A stretch of 62,862 nt of DNA, counting the filler, from Neolecta irregularis DAH-3 (lineage: Eukaryota): the NCBI GenBank assembly GCA_001929475.1. It is 11 parts of 11 records of this genome, joined end to end, with 100 filler letters (N's around TTAATTAATTAA, not from the genome) between each part and the next. Parts side by side here need not be neighbours in the genome. Positions count along the whole stretch, not along the records: positions 24,052 to 26,639 come from LXFE01004327.1; positions 26,740 to 27,774 come from LXFE01000661.1; positions 27,875 to 46,479 come from LXFE01000663.1; 8 more parts are not named here. One strand, given 5' to 3'. The position numbers and the translations under genes are program-made. The notes under the pieces are model-generated. The model did no database searches, was not told where the DNA came from, and saw nothing but the letters and a program-made list of their open reading frames with translations. The stretch's first letter is position 1. Each line of letters starts with the position of its first letter. This document shows positions 26,525 to 40,389 of the stretch, piece after piece.

Positions 26525-26739
26525 CTGAGTGAATATACAACTTTGAAAGTTACATATATTGGAAACNNNNNNNNNNTAACTCTTTTTGTTCACCGGCGGT
26601 AAATAAGCGATCCGATATATATGGTGGGACGTTTGAAAANNNNNNNNNNNNNNNNNNNNNNNNNNNNNNNNNNNNNNNNNNNNTTAATTAATTAANNNNN
26701 NNNNNNNNNNNNNNNNNNNNNNNNNNNNNNNNNNNNNNN

Positions 26740-27774
26740 TTTTCTTCATAACTAGCATTTATTTCCTTTATCTTAGTATCACTTAGGTTTTCCACCTCAT
26801 AGCGCCCAGTGCCCTGCATTAATCTTGCGACATTTTAGACATCCATTGTTATTGGTAATATATTGTCATTCTTGATCTGTTAACTTCTTAAATGTCCTAT
26901 GTGAAATTGTGTTTATATTTGTATTTCTGTATGGTTTGCATGACTTCTTTAATTGAGTTATGATATTGTCTGCTCGTTCTGCTACTATGATTATGTCATT
27001 GAAAGAGGCATCTCTTAATCCAGGTTCAACTTGTAATCTTAAATCAAGATTCATGCCCATCAGAAGCGTCTCACTCGCTAATTCTTCTGGGATGATTTCT
27101 CTGCCAATTTCAGTCCATAATCGGCGTACTTCTAGAGCATAGTCTGTAAATGGTCTTCCTTTCTGTTTAATGGAATTCCACTCCTGTAGCTGTAATTTTC
27201 GATAATTTGATGGTAAAAAATTCGTTTTAAGCTGTTCTTTGAATTCTTCATACGATAGTGCTTCATCCCTGATACTTTCAAACCATCTTGCTGCATTACC
27301 TTCTAGATAAGTGCCAGCTAAATCAGTTTTTAGTTCTTCAGGGACTGCCGTTAATTTAAAATATGATGTCATTGAACCAAGCCAAGCTTGTACAACTGAA
27401 GGGGTTCGATCTCCATTATACTTGGCTGGTTTGTCTACTTTGAAAGTTGCTTGGTAGGCAGCAATAACTGGTTTTGTTTCAGGGGGTACTGGTGTTGGCA
27501 TTGGAGTGTTCATTGGGATTTCTGGTATCTTTGAGCTTCTTGTTCCTGGTCTCATTCAGAGATATTGCTTGCTGAATTGTTGAAAAAAGTGTAACCTTTT
27601 GCTTTCCATAGGATGGTTACACTGGTACGATCAGGTTACACGAGTACGATCGGGTTACACAAAGGTATACTAAGCAACAATGAACAAGTCTAATATCTCA
27701 ATAGATACAAAGTGAGAATCACCATACCTAATATCTCAATAGATACAAAGTGAGAATAGTTAGGTATGGTGCCA
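26740..27774 (-). mobile_element. Ty3/gypsy retrotransposon 5' part: leader + gag (ORF 26866-27555, premature stop before a decayed zinc knuckle)
   Basis: KPAKYNG...YLEGNAARWF...F...IKQ (Retrotrans_gag pattern); downstream GCLKCRKINAGHWA; PBS-like TGGCACC at the scaffold edge. Confidence 0.88.
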
Positions 27775-27874
27775 NNNNNNNNNNNNNNNNNNNNNNNNNN
27801 NNNNNNNNNNNNNNNNNNTTAATTAATTAANNNNNNNNNNNNNNNNNNNNNNNNNNNNNNNNNNNNNNNNNNNN

Positions 27875-29009
27875 CCCCCCGCCTGCCCCGCCCGCCGGAG
27901 GATCTCCGGCAGGCGGGTCAAATTTTTCCGGCGGCTGGTCTTTTTTGACAATTTATATATGTGCAATACAATCTTCACTAAATAACCAAAACTGCTAACA
28001 TAAAATGATTTCTATCTGGTCATTTCTTTTATTGGTGAAGTATGCTGCACATACAAATGCTGATCACTGTGTCACATGAGACAAATCTTGCGAGCCTAAC
28101 TTTGAGCAAATTGCAATCAATTCACAGTTCAACAACCAACCAATGTATTCAAACAAAACAAACACTATCGAGATCAGAATTTTAAAGGCAAAACTAATGG
28201 TCTGCCAACAAATTCAATACAAGAAAGTCAAAGGGGGACATTTAAAGAAGCATCACATGGAGGAAACTACCAAACCGCCGTACAACCTAACAGCCTCCCA
28301 GAACATTCTCCAGATGGTTGGTTGGATCTCTTGGTGAAGGCGGGAGACATAAACATCTGGTCTGAGAGGCCCTACCCGCCAGAGAGGTTCCGGCGGGCGC
28401 ACAGTTTAGATTTTTCCGGCAGGCGGCCTGCATCCTAATCCTCCCACATTGTTGCGGATGGACCATGGACTTAATCCAGTCCATTAACAGTCCATGGATA
28501 AAGTCCATGAACTGGACTATGGATAAAGCCCGGCCCATGGTCCGTGGGCCTAATGGGTCATATCACGTGATATTAGATTGTAGGGATTAATCGCGTCTAT
28601 CAGTGACATGGAAAAGGCTCTGCTTGCTGCCTCTTACTCCCCTACTCGCTTCCTCTCACTCCCCTGCCCATTATCGCCTGCCCTCCTCGCCCGTTACTGC
28701 CCGCCCTCCTCGCCCTTTATCACCCCACCCTCTCGCCCGTTATCGCCTGCCCTTCTCGTCTGTTATCGCCTGCCCTCCTTGCCTGCTATCGACCCGCTCA
28801 CCTCGCCCGTTACTGCTCCCCCTCCTCGCTCTTTACCGCCCGCCCTCTCGCCCGTTATCGCCTGCCCTTCTCGTCCGTAATCGCCCGTTATCGCCTGCCC
28901 TCCTTGCCTCCTATCGCCCCGCCCACCTCACCCATTACTACTCCGGGCGGGTGGGCGATCTTCCACCCGCTCGCCGGTGGTCCGCTAGGCGGGCAGTGTG
29001 GACACACTG
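27875..29009. mobile_element. nested cluster of hAT-like non-autonomous remnants, including C-rich minisatellite 28620-28935
   Basis: GTCCA/TGGAC and GGCCC subterminal repeats, GGACACACTG end at 29009 as in the MITE at 46230-46290. Confidence 0.55.
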
Positions 29010-29107
29010 GATTTTTAGTGTTGATACAACTGGGTCTCACCATATTGTAAGCATTGCAGCGTATAAGCTAAATATAAAAGAAAAGATATATTAACATACA
29101 TATTAAA

Positions 29108-29251
29108 TTACCAATTCACAAAGTCATTCCGACCCCAGCGTCGCTGGCACTGGGCTGCTGCAATAATATCTGGTTGAAGTTTAGATCGACGAGGCTCAAA
29201 CATATCACCTGCCTCACTAAATGCTCTTCCACAATTAGCACTTGATACTGG
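29108..29251 (-). mobile_element. hAT transposase C-terminal dimerisation-domain fragment, cut by another element at 29252
   Basis: PVSSANCGRAFSEAG...RRSKLQPDIIAAAQCQRRW matches the hATC pattern P-x-SS...R-x-FS-x-x-G...R-x-x-L. Confidence 0.8.
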
Positions 29252-29750
29252 CAGTGTTTGCAATGGGCCATGGGCCGAAACGGGCCTTTTCACGTGATAT
29301 TAATAATACTACCATGTCTCCTCCCTAACCGCCTTCCTACCGGCTTCGCCTGCCCGCCTTGCCAGTCCATCTCGCCAGCCTCTTCCACCTCACCCTCCTC
29401 GCGCTCCTCTCCAGCCTTGTGTGCCTGTCTTGCCCACCTCGCCTGCCTCACGCGCCTCTCCCGCCTCACGCACCCATCTCTCCCGCCTCGTGCTCCCATC
29501 TCGCGCTCCAATCTTGCCCGACTCGCGCACCTCTCCCACCCTACGCGCCTGCCTCACGCTCCTGTCTAGCACGCCTGTTTGGCCCACCTGCCTTGCCCAC
29601 CTTGCCCACCCGCCTGTCAGTTTCCTTGCCAATATTTAGATAGATATAAAGAATTATTTACATAATATAGAAATTAATTTTTACTTGCCTTTTAACATAT
29701 TCCTGCCCTGCCCATCTCTGCACTGCATGCCACCACCCAAATTGGCCGTC
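29252..29750. mobile_element. hAT-like non-autonomous element remnant
   Basis: CAGTG TIR matching the 4539 end; pyrimidine-rich repeats; segment homologous to 7900-8070. Confidence 0.65.
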
Positions 29751-30053
29751 GTTTGTACTCTAGCGTGTTTGGAGTGGGTTATACCCTTGGGCAGAGCTTA
29801 CCATTACGGAAGGAAGGCTTGCAATAATATTGCGGCATTTTAATAGTATTATATGAAGTAGATAGGGTTAAGCTAAGTTCAGTCCCTTAGGCTAGGTATG
29901 TCCGCGGGGAAGTTCAGTTACTTAGGCTAGTATAATAAAATCTGGTCTTATTCGAACTCGAGCTTCAACACTTACAAGGTTTCATTGTTGCCTTGAAAGC
30001 CTTGTAGTGGTAATTTTGGTGAATCACCGTGCAGTCTATCAGAGGTTTCGTCA

Positions 30054-30625
30054 TCAGATCCTTGAATTCGCAAAGGGCAAGCGGGGTCTACTATCATCAG
30101 TATAGAGTTGATGCATCAGGTGGTCACTTTCAGTCTCAATACCTTGAGATGGGGGATCACATAGATTCGAAACGAATATTCCAACCATTTTGCAATTCCT
30201 CCCGATATTATCCAAGTCTCCTAAAGAGCGGATTTTTTTCCCAACCTTTTCTTGACAAATATAGAATTTGCGATTCTGGTTTCCTTCAAAGGTGGTTACT
30301 CCGAGCTCCCCAAGATGGTTAAATTGAAATGCATCTGCTTCTAGATATTTTGTGGTGAGAGCTAGGTCTCCGGTAGGAGTGATTCGTACACATGCTTGAA
30401 TCCTATTGCAAAGGTTGTTTTCTTTCAAAAAGAAAGTACTTGGAATGACATCAATGACGATTGACGAATCAACGCAATTCAAATAATGAGGAGGCCAATT
30501 AACGGCACTATTGTAGACAACTTCCAAGGCTAAAGTGAGATCTCAAAATTTAAATATAAATGCTTACTTAATGACATTATTCCAACAACAATTGCAAAGA
30601 GCTTTGTGAGAAGCGCAATTCTCAT
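30054..30625 (-). CDS. small secreted Cys-containing protein (loosely PhiA/Pir-domain-like); one intron
   Basis: Signal exon MRIALLTKLFAIVVGIMSL, GTAAGC..TTAG intron, ...CVRITPTGDLAL...FQFNHLGELG...KFYICQ...NCKMV; paralogue at 45334-46035. Confidence 0.7.
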
Positions 30626-31131
30626 TAGATCCATGCGCTTTGAGAGAAATCCCATCACCTTTTATGATATTTCAGTTGGGTTGTCTCAGTGTATCAAAAT
30701 GGGTATACCGCTGTCTTGAGATATATTTGGCCGAGCTGTGAGTGGAAATGTCTACTCGGAAAGTAAATAGCATCTTCGAGATTGTATATGTCTTGAATCC
30801 CACATCATCCATTCTGTGATTTTATTTTGATTCCTGTGTGTCATATATCATTAGAAACGGGTTCTTTACAAAATTAGGAGTCTTCATCGTCGCTTCACAA
30901 TCTAACCCCCGTCATTATACTAACCGTCTAGTTTCTAGGTTAAAGACTACAGGAAATTCATATTTTCAGTCATATGCCCCATTGGGCGATCAATTTCTCA
31001 TAAAAGTACTGGCCATGGTTTTAATGTTAGAATTTCAAAATTTCGCGTAGGTGGTGCTAGTACACTTAATCAACTGATTATAACTCGGAGGGTCGTAAGT
31101 GATAGAGTTGAGATGCAGACAACAAATATTA

Positions 31132-31360
31132 CGCGAGCGTTCGGTGGGCGCCACATTTCATGGAATTTTCCAATTCTTCAAATTCCAATTTTAAGCGAAA
31201 TTTCATGCAATTTGCCAATTCATAGAATCCAATTTTAAATCGAATTCCAATTTTAAATTGCCAATTCATAGAATCCCATTTTAAATCGAATTCCAATTTT
31301 TAAATTGGAATTTGAAGAATTGAAAAATTCCATGAAATTTGGCGCCCACCGAACGCACCA
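31132..31360. mobile_element. Tourist/Harbinger-type MITE
   Basis: About 55-bp near-perfect TIRs (GCGTTCGGTGGGCGCCA...TTCAAATTCCAATTT), TTA/TAA flanks, internal direct duplication. Confidence 0.8.
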
Positions 31361-31660
31361 TAATATATCTCTTGCTCAACGGGCTTGCTACAAGTAGGCG
31401 GTTGCGGAAGATACCATTACTTTAGGATAATGAGAATCAAAATATTGTTACCAACTTCACCAAAATCTTTTGGGATGAAAAGAAATCACCTTTCAATAAT
31501 TTTAATCTTTGAAACCTAACGGTGGTTAGTTACAGATATACAATGGTTATATACATACAATACAGGCCAAGAGAATGGTGAAACCCTTTTACACCTAGCG
31601 GAGTGCTGAAAATGTGTTTTCCTAACCCAATGATAGTTCTGACCGAACTGAGCTTAAACG

Positions 31661-32821
31661 TTAACCTGTGGAGGAACTCGTATCTCCACTACTTCCAATG
31701 TCTTCATCTTCATCCATAGCATCAAGGACCAAGTCCAAATCGTTATCAATCTTCCACGCCTTTGTTTTCATACTAGCTTTAGCTCTGATTCCAACACCTC
31801 GTATTAGGTCAATCCAAGATAGTGAAGAACTACAGCCAGGACAGAAGCCGATAATTGGTAATAGAGATTTGCTTTTGTCAAGGAAGATCGCAGCAAGGCA
31901 ACGGACGTGTGCGAGATGAGTACACGGTCCTGAAGTACATAGTATTATGTTTTCGTGTGGCGACGTTAGAGTTTGTAATAACTTTGCGGAGAAAGGTTTT
32001 AAGCATATTGAGCAAATCTTTCCTTCAATTCCGTTATCAAAAATCTTTTCAGCCTTTTCGAGATGATCTGTAGTGAACTTTGCTATTTGGTCAACCGCAG
32101 ATCTAACAAGTAGTTGCACTTGCGAGGAGATCGATCCCCTGTACCCCACCAAATTCATCTGGCTTATAAATAAGGCGCTTTGTTTTTGAAACTGGGCTTC
32201 CAGGCAATGGAGTTTTCTCTCTTATTTTCCCTGGTCTAAGGGGGATTTCATGTGCCGGAGACCCTTCCTTGGTCTCAACTGTCCTTTTTCTTGGATCTAA
32301 TTCGAGAGTAATATGAGCAGGTAACCCTCCGGAAGCCTTGTCGAGGATCTGTTTCCAAATGATCCAAACTTCTTGTGAAAATATTTTCATTTTCAGAGGC
32401 CACCCACTCCAAGCATCAGATGTCAACATAGCAAATACATTCTGAGCGCTTTTTTTAAGGTCAAATCGAGGACTCGAAGCGCGCTTTCTAGCTGATTTAG
32501 AACCGCGAATTATCGATCTTGTTTCCGACGGTAACCGAAGTGTTTTATGAGGATGTTGCCAGGCCCATTCAAACTGCAAAGCCGCAAGCTTTGAGGGAAA
32601 GCCATACACTATCATGGTCATATCCCATGGTCTTCTTTTGCTTGTTTTGGAAGCACCAGAGGATATTAGTCCGTTGTGTTGCCGGAGACGCTTAAACGTT
32701 AATTGGTTGTTATTGCTAAGAGATATACGCGTATTGGATTTGGAGTTGAACCTATATAGACTGACTTTGGAAATGAGAGGGATTTGAGGAGATAGCAGGC
32801 GTAAAAAGACGGGACGTCCAT
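31661..32821 (-). CDS. SLX1: structure-specific endonuclease Slx1 (GIY-YIG + RING-like), multi-exon
   Basis: FYACYLLKS...[27 protein letters not shown]-terminal CSIC...C...C..H..CL...CPGC...W. Confidence 0.95.
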
Positions 32822-34044
32822 TGGGGCAGCCTCGCGGCGGTTAGGCGGATTACTAAGCCGCCCGGCTGCCGAAGAGGTCTGAACCGCCCGCCCTCTCCGG
32901 CAGGCGGTTGGGCAGTTGGGCGGGTCGGATAGAAGGAACAGAGGGATAAAGTGTATAGTGTAGTATATTGTTTCAAAACTGGTGATAAGTATAAACATAT
33001 ATGCTAACTGCATTTCTACTTCTATTATTCTATTATGCCATTCTAATGTTGTTGTTTTTGCCCTTTGGTTAATTAAAGGCCTTTCCACGAGGAGAAATAA
33101 TAGCAACTGAAGAAATGGCCAGAGAGAAATCAATTTATCTTGGCAATTTTTGTTATTTAGTGAATGCAGGACAGCTTGTCCATTCATTTCACTTAGCAGA
33201 CAAACAACCCGAACCGACAACTTTCTGTTAATTCGGAAATGTCTGTCAAAATCCACAATTAGACTCTCTGCTCCGACCTTTGAATTTTGGGCAGAATGAT
33301 CCGAAACAAAAGTCTTTCGCTAATCTCGTATCTCCGTTATTCGCAGTTGCTGCCTTGATTACTTGATACATGTTCAAGACAATTGAAGAAAACAGAAAGC
33401 ATACAGGTACAAAGACTAAGTTTATGTCTTGTATGAGGGGCATGTTCTACGTAACATTGATGCTGGCTGATACTTGTAGGAAACTCAACTCGTTGATGAA
33501 ATCTACTTTCATTTCCCAAAGGGATTTTCCATGTCGAAAAGTTGAAATAAGGAGTTAGCTTTTACTTCTAATTATTGAGCCTTCTGGGGGTGCTCGCGCC
33601 AATTAGGACACGGATTGAACAGCGACCTATGTTGGGATTCCAGCGAATCAAGATCTGCAATCATACCTGATTGACCTCGAGCTTGATATATGTATTGGAC
33701 CAATACTCATAGTCACCAGGCGCTTCTATTTACCCCTTTATTGTCGTATTGGCTGGATGCTGGATAGTCGAGATCACGGCGACTGGGTTATGCTGATAGT
33801 TTAGGCAATAGTCAATCAGCTAGTGACACACTCCATAGTTCCACTTTTGCCACGTTTGTGCAGTGTCATTGTCTCCACTGGTTCGAGTCACATAGCTTTT
33901 CTCCTCCTTTATCCTTTTACACGGTCTCTTCTGGCCGAAGGCCGGTCTCGGTGGCCCGAAATTCTTACACGCACCCCATCGATCTTGCTTGCACGACAAA
34001 CCGTTCTAGCATTTCAAGTTCAGTCTTGTTATAATTCCGAAATC

Positions 34045-34970
34045 ATGGCAGAGCTTCAGAATTCTTGCAGGTTGTGGAAATGGAAACTTGATAGAGGCAA
34101 AACTTGGGCCGTTTTCCCAGGCTTTTATAAGACTTCGATATCTTCCTCTGAAACAATCCCACGAGTACCCATGACAGATATAGCTGAATCAGGGAGTCGG
34201 TCTAGATATCCAGCGATTCCTCCGCGGTCTTCTTCGTTATCGCGAGTCCCTCGCCTTTTTAATAATAGATATATGTCTTCTCCATCATCTTCCTTGAGAT
34301 CGATGAGTTTGGCTTCAACTGGCACTTCACTGTGTAGCGACTGTGAAGTACATCACAAGAATAACGGCACGTCCATGGTTCGAACCATGTACCATACCGA
34401 TCTGACAGACATTACCAGACTCCCTCGCCTCCCCCACAAAAACTTCGTCGACGGTTTACTGATCTTCCGAGAATCGAGACAAAGATTCCCAGTTCACTAG
34501 GTCTTAATGACCGGATGTTAAAGAGGAATTCATCGAGGGCCTCGCCCTCTCCACGGCGTGAAGTATCGCCCATGAAGTCATTGGTACGAAGCCGAGCCCC
34601 GAGTTCGCAGATCTTTGAAAGAGATGTTGCATATCAACAACCAATGTCTTTCGTTCCTCGACCAGATCTCAAACGAGCTGTAAGCATGCCGGTCCAGCCA
34701 ACTCAGCCGACTATATCTTACCATCCGCCAAAACTATCACTGAGAGCGCTTCCACAAATGTCCTCGACGATTGTCTCTGCAGCAGCTGTACGAGCTGCAA
34801 CGGACGAGCTATTCAAGGAAGCGGAAGAAGTGCTTAAGAAAATAGCTGGGGAAGCCAGAATCATCAGAGCCAAGGTTAAAACACTGAATCAGCACGAATC
34901 AGCACACGCCACTTCAGGTTTTAGGAGATTATGGAGAGTCACCGTTGCAGCATTTCTACGACCTTCGTAA
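34045..34970 (+). CDS. hypothetical Ser/Arg/Pro-rich protein
   Basis: Two adjacent long ORFs, probably joined by an intron; no family recognised. Confidence 0.4.
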
Positions 34971-35168
34971 ATGTTCATCTCTTCATGCCTATGCATTTCA
35001 TTTTCCCAATAACTTTTATTGTAGATGTAAACGGAGTTTGCGATGTCGATGGTAACGAGAACTTTTATTTTGTATTCTTTCTACAGGACACAGTTAGTAC
35101 AGAAATACAGATGACTTTCATGACATGATACTTGCTGGGTCTCACGCTAACCTCTCGAAAATTAAACG

Positions 35169-35926
35169 ATGTCCACACCTCTCGAATTAGTCAAACAAGG
35201 TGCTGAAGCCGTATATTCTTCGATTTTTAGGCGTAATTTCTGATATAAGCTTGCATTTAAGACTATTTTTCTCGAAGATTCCCTGCCAGCTTTACTCAAG
35301 CGACGCCCGAAAAAAGCCTGGAGACACCCTGTTCTCGACGCTCGTTTAACAAAACAACGTCTTCTTTCAGAATCGAGACTTTTACAACGGTGTAGATGCT
35401 CTGGAGTATTATGTCCAGCATTGTACGATGTTTCTCTGGAAACCGGAGAAATTTGGATGGAATGGGTCGACGGTTCATCAATTCGCGACATTTTGATGCG
35501 AGGCGAACAAATCCCAGAGTTAGGGAAAAAGATTGGAGAAATTATAGCAAGATTGCATTCGTTAGATGTAATCCACGGGGATTTGACAACGAGTAATTTA
35601 ATGTTGAACGAAAACGAAGATGTTGTGATTATTGATTTTGGATTGGGGAGTTCAAGTACGCAGGATGAAGACAAGGCGGTCGATTTATATGTCTTGGAGC
35701 GTGCCTTAAATAGTACACATCCTGGAAGTGAAGATATTGTATTATCTGAAATGTGAGTCAGCAATAATCGGCGTAGTTTGAGGAAATCCTTTCGATTTAC
35801 GAAAGAGGATGGAAAGGAGGTCCAATGGTAAGGGAGAGACTAGAATCTGGTACCAATATCTCATTTATAAGAATTTTAACCTCCTTAGTACGTTTGAGAG
35901 GAAGGAAACGGAGTATGGTTGGCTGA
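35169..35926 (+). CDS. BUD32: EKC/KEOPS kinase Bud32 (PRPK), multi-exon
   Basis: KQGAEA, IHGDLTTSN, IDFGLG, EDKAVDLYVLERA, VRLRGRKRSMVG. Confidence 0.97.
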
Positions 35927-36605
35927 AGATTCTCTTTCATGGTATTCCCAGGTCATCACAAACCCTTGGCAACGATATGTTTGCCTTCTAGTTTCTATGT
36001 CGATTGCCCTTGGAATTGTAGCACTCTTCCACCCTTGTACCTCCTCTCCATGTTAAAACCTGTGATCTTCAAACACTGATTTTTCACTCGTTAGAAAAGG
36101 AAAATGAGACTATTCTCATGAGTCCACTTCATCGTAGAGTCAGATGCTCGTCATCTTGCTCTACTAACCTCGCTATTAGTAGGAATGGTTGTTATTCTTA
36201 CTAGATTTCCTCGACAATCCACTGGTGGAACACTTTTGAATTTGCGACTTAATTCTACGAATCAGAAAGTCTTTCGAACCCTGGGTGGCAAGATCCTGTC
36301 TATGATTTCTCATCGAAGCTTCCTGACCATACTCTTCTCGAGAGACTTGACATTCACTTACGGTCTCTGTAGGGATCTATCAATCCATGTTCTATAGGAC
36401 TCTCACTATTAAACATTGAAACCATTGAAGCAGTGGTATTAAGTAGGCACAGCTTTGATGTATTTGTTATCTATATTGCAGATATTATCAGTGACTACTA
36501 CTTGTAACCATTTGTTGAAGCTCACGTAATTGGGGTCATTTCTGATGTCTGAAATAAAAAAAGATGAAAGAATTGTGTACAAAAGCACTGCTCACAGCAA
36601 CGATT

Positions 36606-37553
36606 ATGACCAGCCCGACATTTTGTAAATCTCGGTATCTGATCTTATACTTAATCCATGCATTAGATATATTTTGCGATTTCGATGAAACAATCACGCT
36701 CAATGATACCCTCCAATTAGTTGCTTCAGCAGCCTACGATTCTCCAAATAGAGCAGTTGCAAATCCACCACCATGGAGCTTTTTCGTTGAGAGGTGCATC
36801 ACAGTATCTCTAAATTAACTGGAAAGTTATCTAGCGGATTACGCAGAGCAGAAACAATCTTACGATCCCATAGTTACCCTTGACCAGGAACTTGATTTTC
36901 TTCGGTCGCTCGAACCGATTGAGCTCAAAAGTGTCCATCGAACTGAATATTTGCAGTTGTTTAAAGGAATAACGGATGATGATATCGCAAAAGAAGCGAC
37001 CAAAGTCGAATTTCGAAACGGCTGGCATCAGTTCGTTCATGAAATACTTGGTCGAGGCTATCCACTATGTGTTATATCTGTCAATTGGAGCGGCTATTTC
37101 ATTTCAAAGGCTTTGTCATTAGACACGACGACATATCCTTCGATTCAAGTCATTGCAAATGAAATCATTATGGATGCTGACGGCCATGCTTCGGGGAAAC
37201 TATCAAAATCAAATGAAGCAGATATACGAATAGGTGACGATAAAAAGAGAGAGATGGAGCAAGAGCTCAAAGAAATGAAATTTGATGGGAAATCTGTATA
37301 TTTTGGAAATTCGACTGGGGATCTGCCTTGTCTCCGTATATTCCCTCCTGGTTCCACGATTTATTTTCTAGTCACCGCCGATATAGGAATCATCATGGGA
37401 AAGGATGAAGATTTCCTGGCCAGCTTGAAGGACTGGAATATTCAAGTGGTTCGTAAGAGTTCTATCCTTACAATCCTCGACTCTGCCTCTTGTCTCCATC
37501 AGAGCTCGAAGAAGAATATGCTTCTTTATCAGGTCGACGATTGGACTTTGTGA
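36606..37553 (+). CDS. HAD-superfamily hydrolase (Cto1/MtnX-like), multi-exon; 3' end approximate
   Basis: DFDETIT, ISVNWS, ANEI, YFGNSTGDLPCL...ADIGI. Confidence 0.8.
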
Positions 37554-37863
37554 TTCTAGGAAAAGAGTCTTTTTAATGTTTCTGCTGTATTCTCCAATAT
37601 TCTTCTCTTCTACTTGAACACACTAAGGCAGACCCTGCCGTTGCAATAGACAAACGATGGTTGATTAATATGAGTTGAGCTACAGAGTGAATAATGGTCT
37701 TGAAAAGTGGACCTATAAAGGAGTCACTCGTCATTGACTGTTTCCATTCCAAGCTCATGCTTGTTGGCTCAAAAGAATGTGTCATTTTATCTGCCTGCAA
37801 TTCTCTAATAAACACCGGCGCAATCTTTTTCTTCCCCCATTTTTTACCTTTATCTGACCTAAA

Positions 37864-38325
37864 ATGCCTGTTTTGGAGCCTTCTACCTTAGAGTCTGGTT
37901 CAGAGCCAAACTCGCAGTCTATCGTAGAGTCAACCTCAGAGCCGACCTCGGACGATACTCATCTTCCACCAATTCGAGACTTTACTGTTCCGCGTGACCA
38001 AGATCTTCATGCGAGCCTCAGGCTTGAAATCCCAGAAATACAAGATTCTACAGACATTACCACGTCTCCCGTGATAGCCAACCCACCAAGAGATTGGTCC
38101 TGCCACGAGTGTGGGTTTGTGACACTGACTGAAGAAACAGGAAGATCACACATGTATGTGTACAAATCTCATGCAGTGTCATCTCACATATTGACAGGTT
38201 CTTTCGACACTATGAGCATAGACTTATCCGGGAAGTCAGGGAAAAAGAAGCCCGCACCCTTGAACGTCCTGAAGCTTGGGACAAATTCATTCACGATTTC
38301 TGGATTCCTGCTTGTACATTACTGA
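37864..38325 (+). CDS. hypothetical protein with a possible C2H2 zinc finger (probably continues after an intron)
   Basis: WSCHECGF...GRSHM followed by a GTATGT donor. Confidence 0.35.
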   Translation: MPVLEPSTLESGSEPNSQSIVESTSEPTSDDTHLPPIRDFTVPRDQDLHASLRLEIPEIQDSTDITTSPVIANPPRDWSCHECGFVTLTEETGRSHMYVYKSHAVSSHILTGSFDTMSIDLSGKSGKKKPAPLNVLKLGTNSFTISGFLLVHY

Positions 38326-38946
38326 TGATTTCGGAGGAGAAATACGATTGCATTTCCTTGGTTGGAAAGTCAATCAAATCAAATGGAGGACCGCGCGTTC
38401 TATGTACTCACTTGTTGGAATATTTTTAAACCTCTTCATTGCTTTTTCGTTGTAATCCACATAACAAAGATTGCAAGGTTGGTCAGGGTTAAAACTTTAT
38501 ACTGGACAAAGTTGTATCTCGTCAGTAATTCTTCATTTCTCCTGATATCCATCTTTTGATGATCGAAATGCTGATCGAATTGGAGCACACTGGGAACGGA
38601 CAGAAAACGCAGCATCCCTTCGTTCTCCGACTGATTGGTTGATTTACGCACCCTGAACAATAATCTCTCAAAGCGATGAATAAAGCAATCGTGAATTCTG
38701 AGTCGCAAATATCAAACTCAGGGGGCAGAAATGCCTCTAAAGGAAATGAAGCGATATTATGCATGAAAAGTGTTCTATTCCATTACACAGAATGAAAACC
38801 TTGCCCGATCAGAGGAGTATTTCTGTCACAAAACTCTGTCAGCAAAATCAATTTATAGATAAGATGAAAGTCTGGGTAAACCGAAACTCTTGGCAGTGTT
38901 GACGATTTGGGCTATATTGTAACGATATCTCAAAGGAAAGACGATA

Positions 38947-40389
<1,443 letters not shown>

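Noticed and set aside
26577..26639. 63-bp exact duplicate of 24116-24178 after a 10-N gap
   Set aside because: About k-mer length and at a scaffold end; most likely an assembly artefact, at best a hint of a second OYE copy
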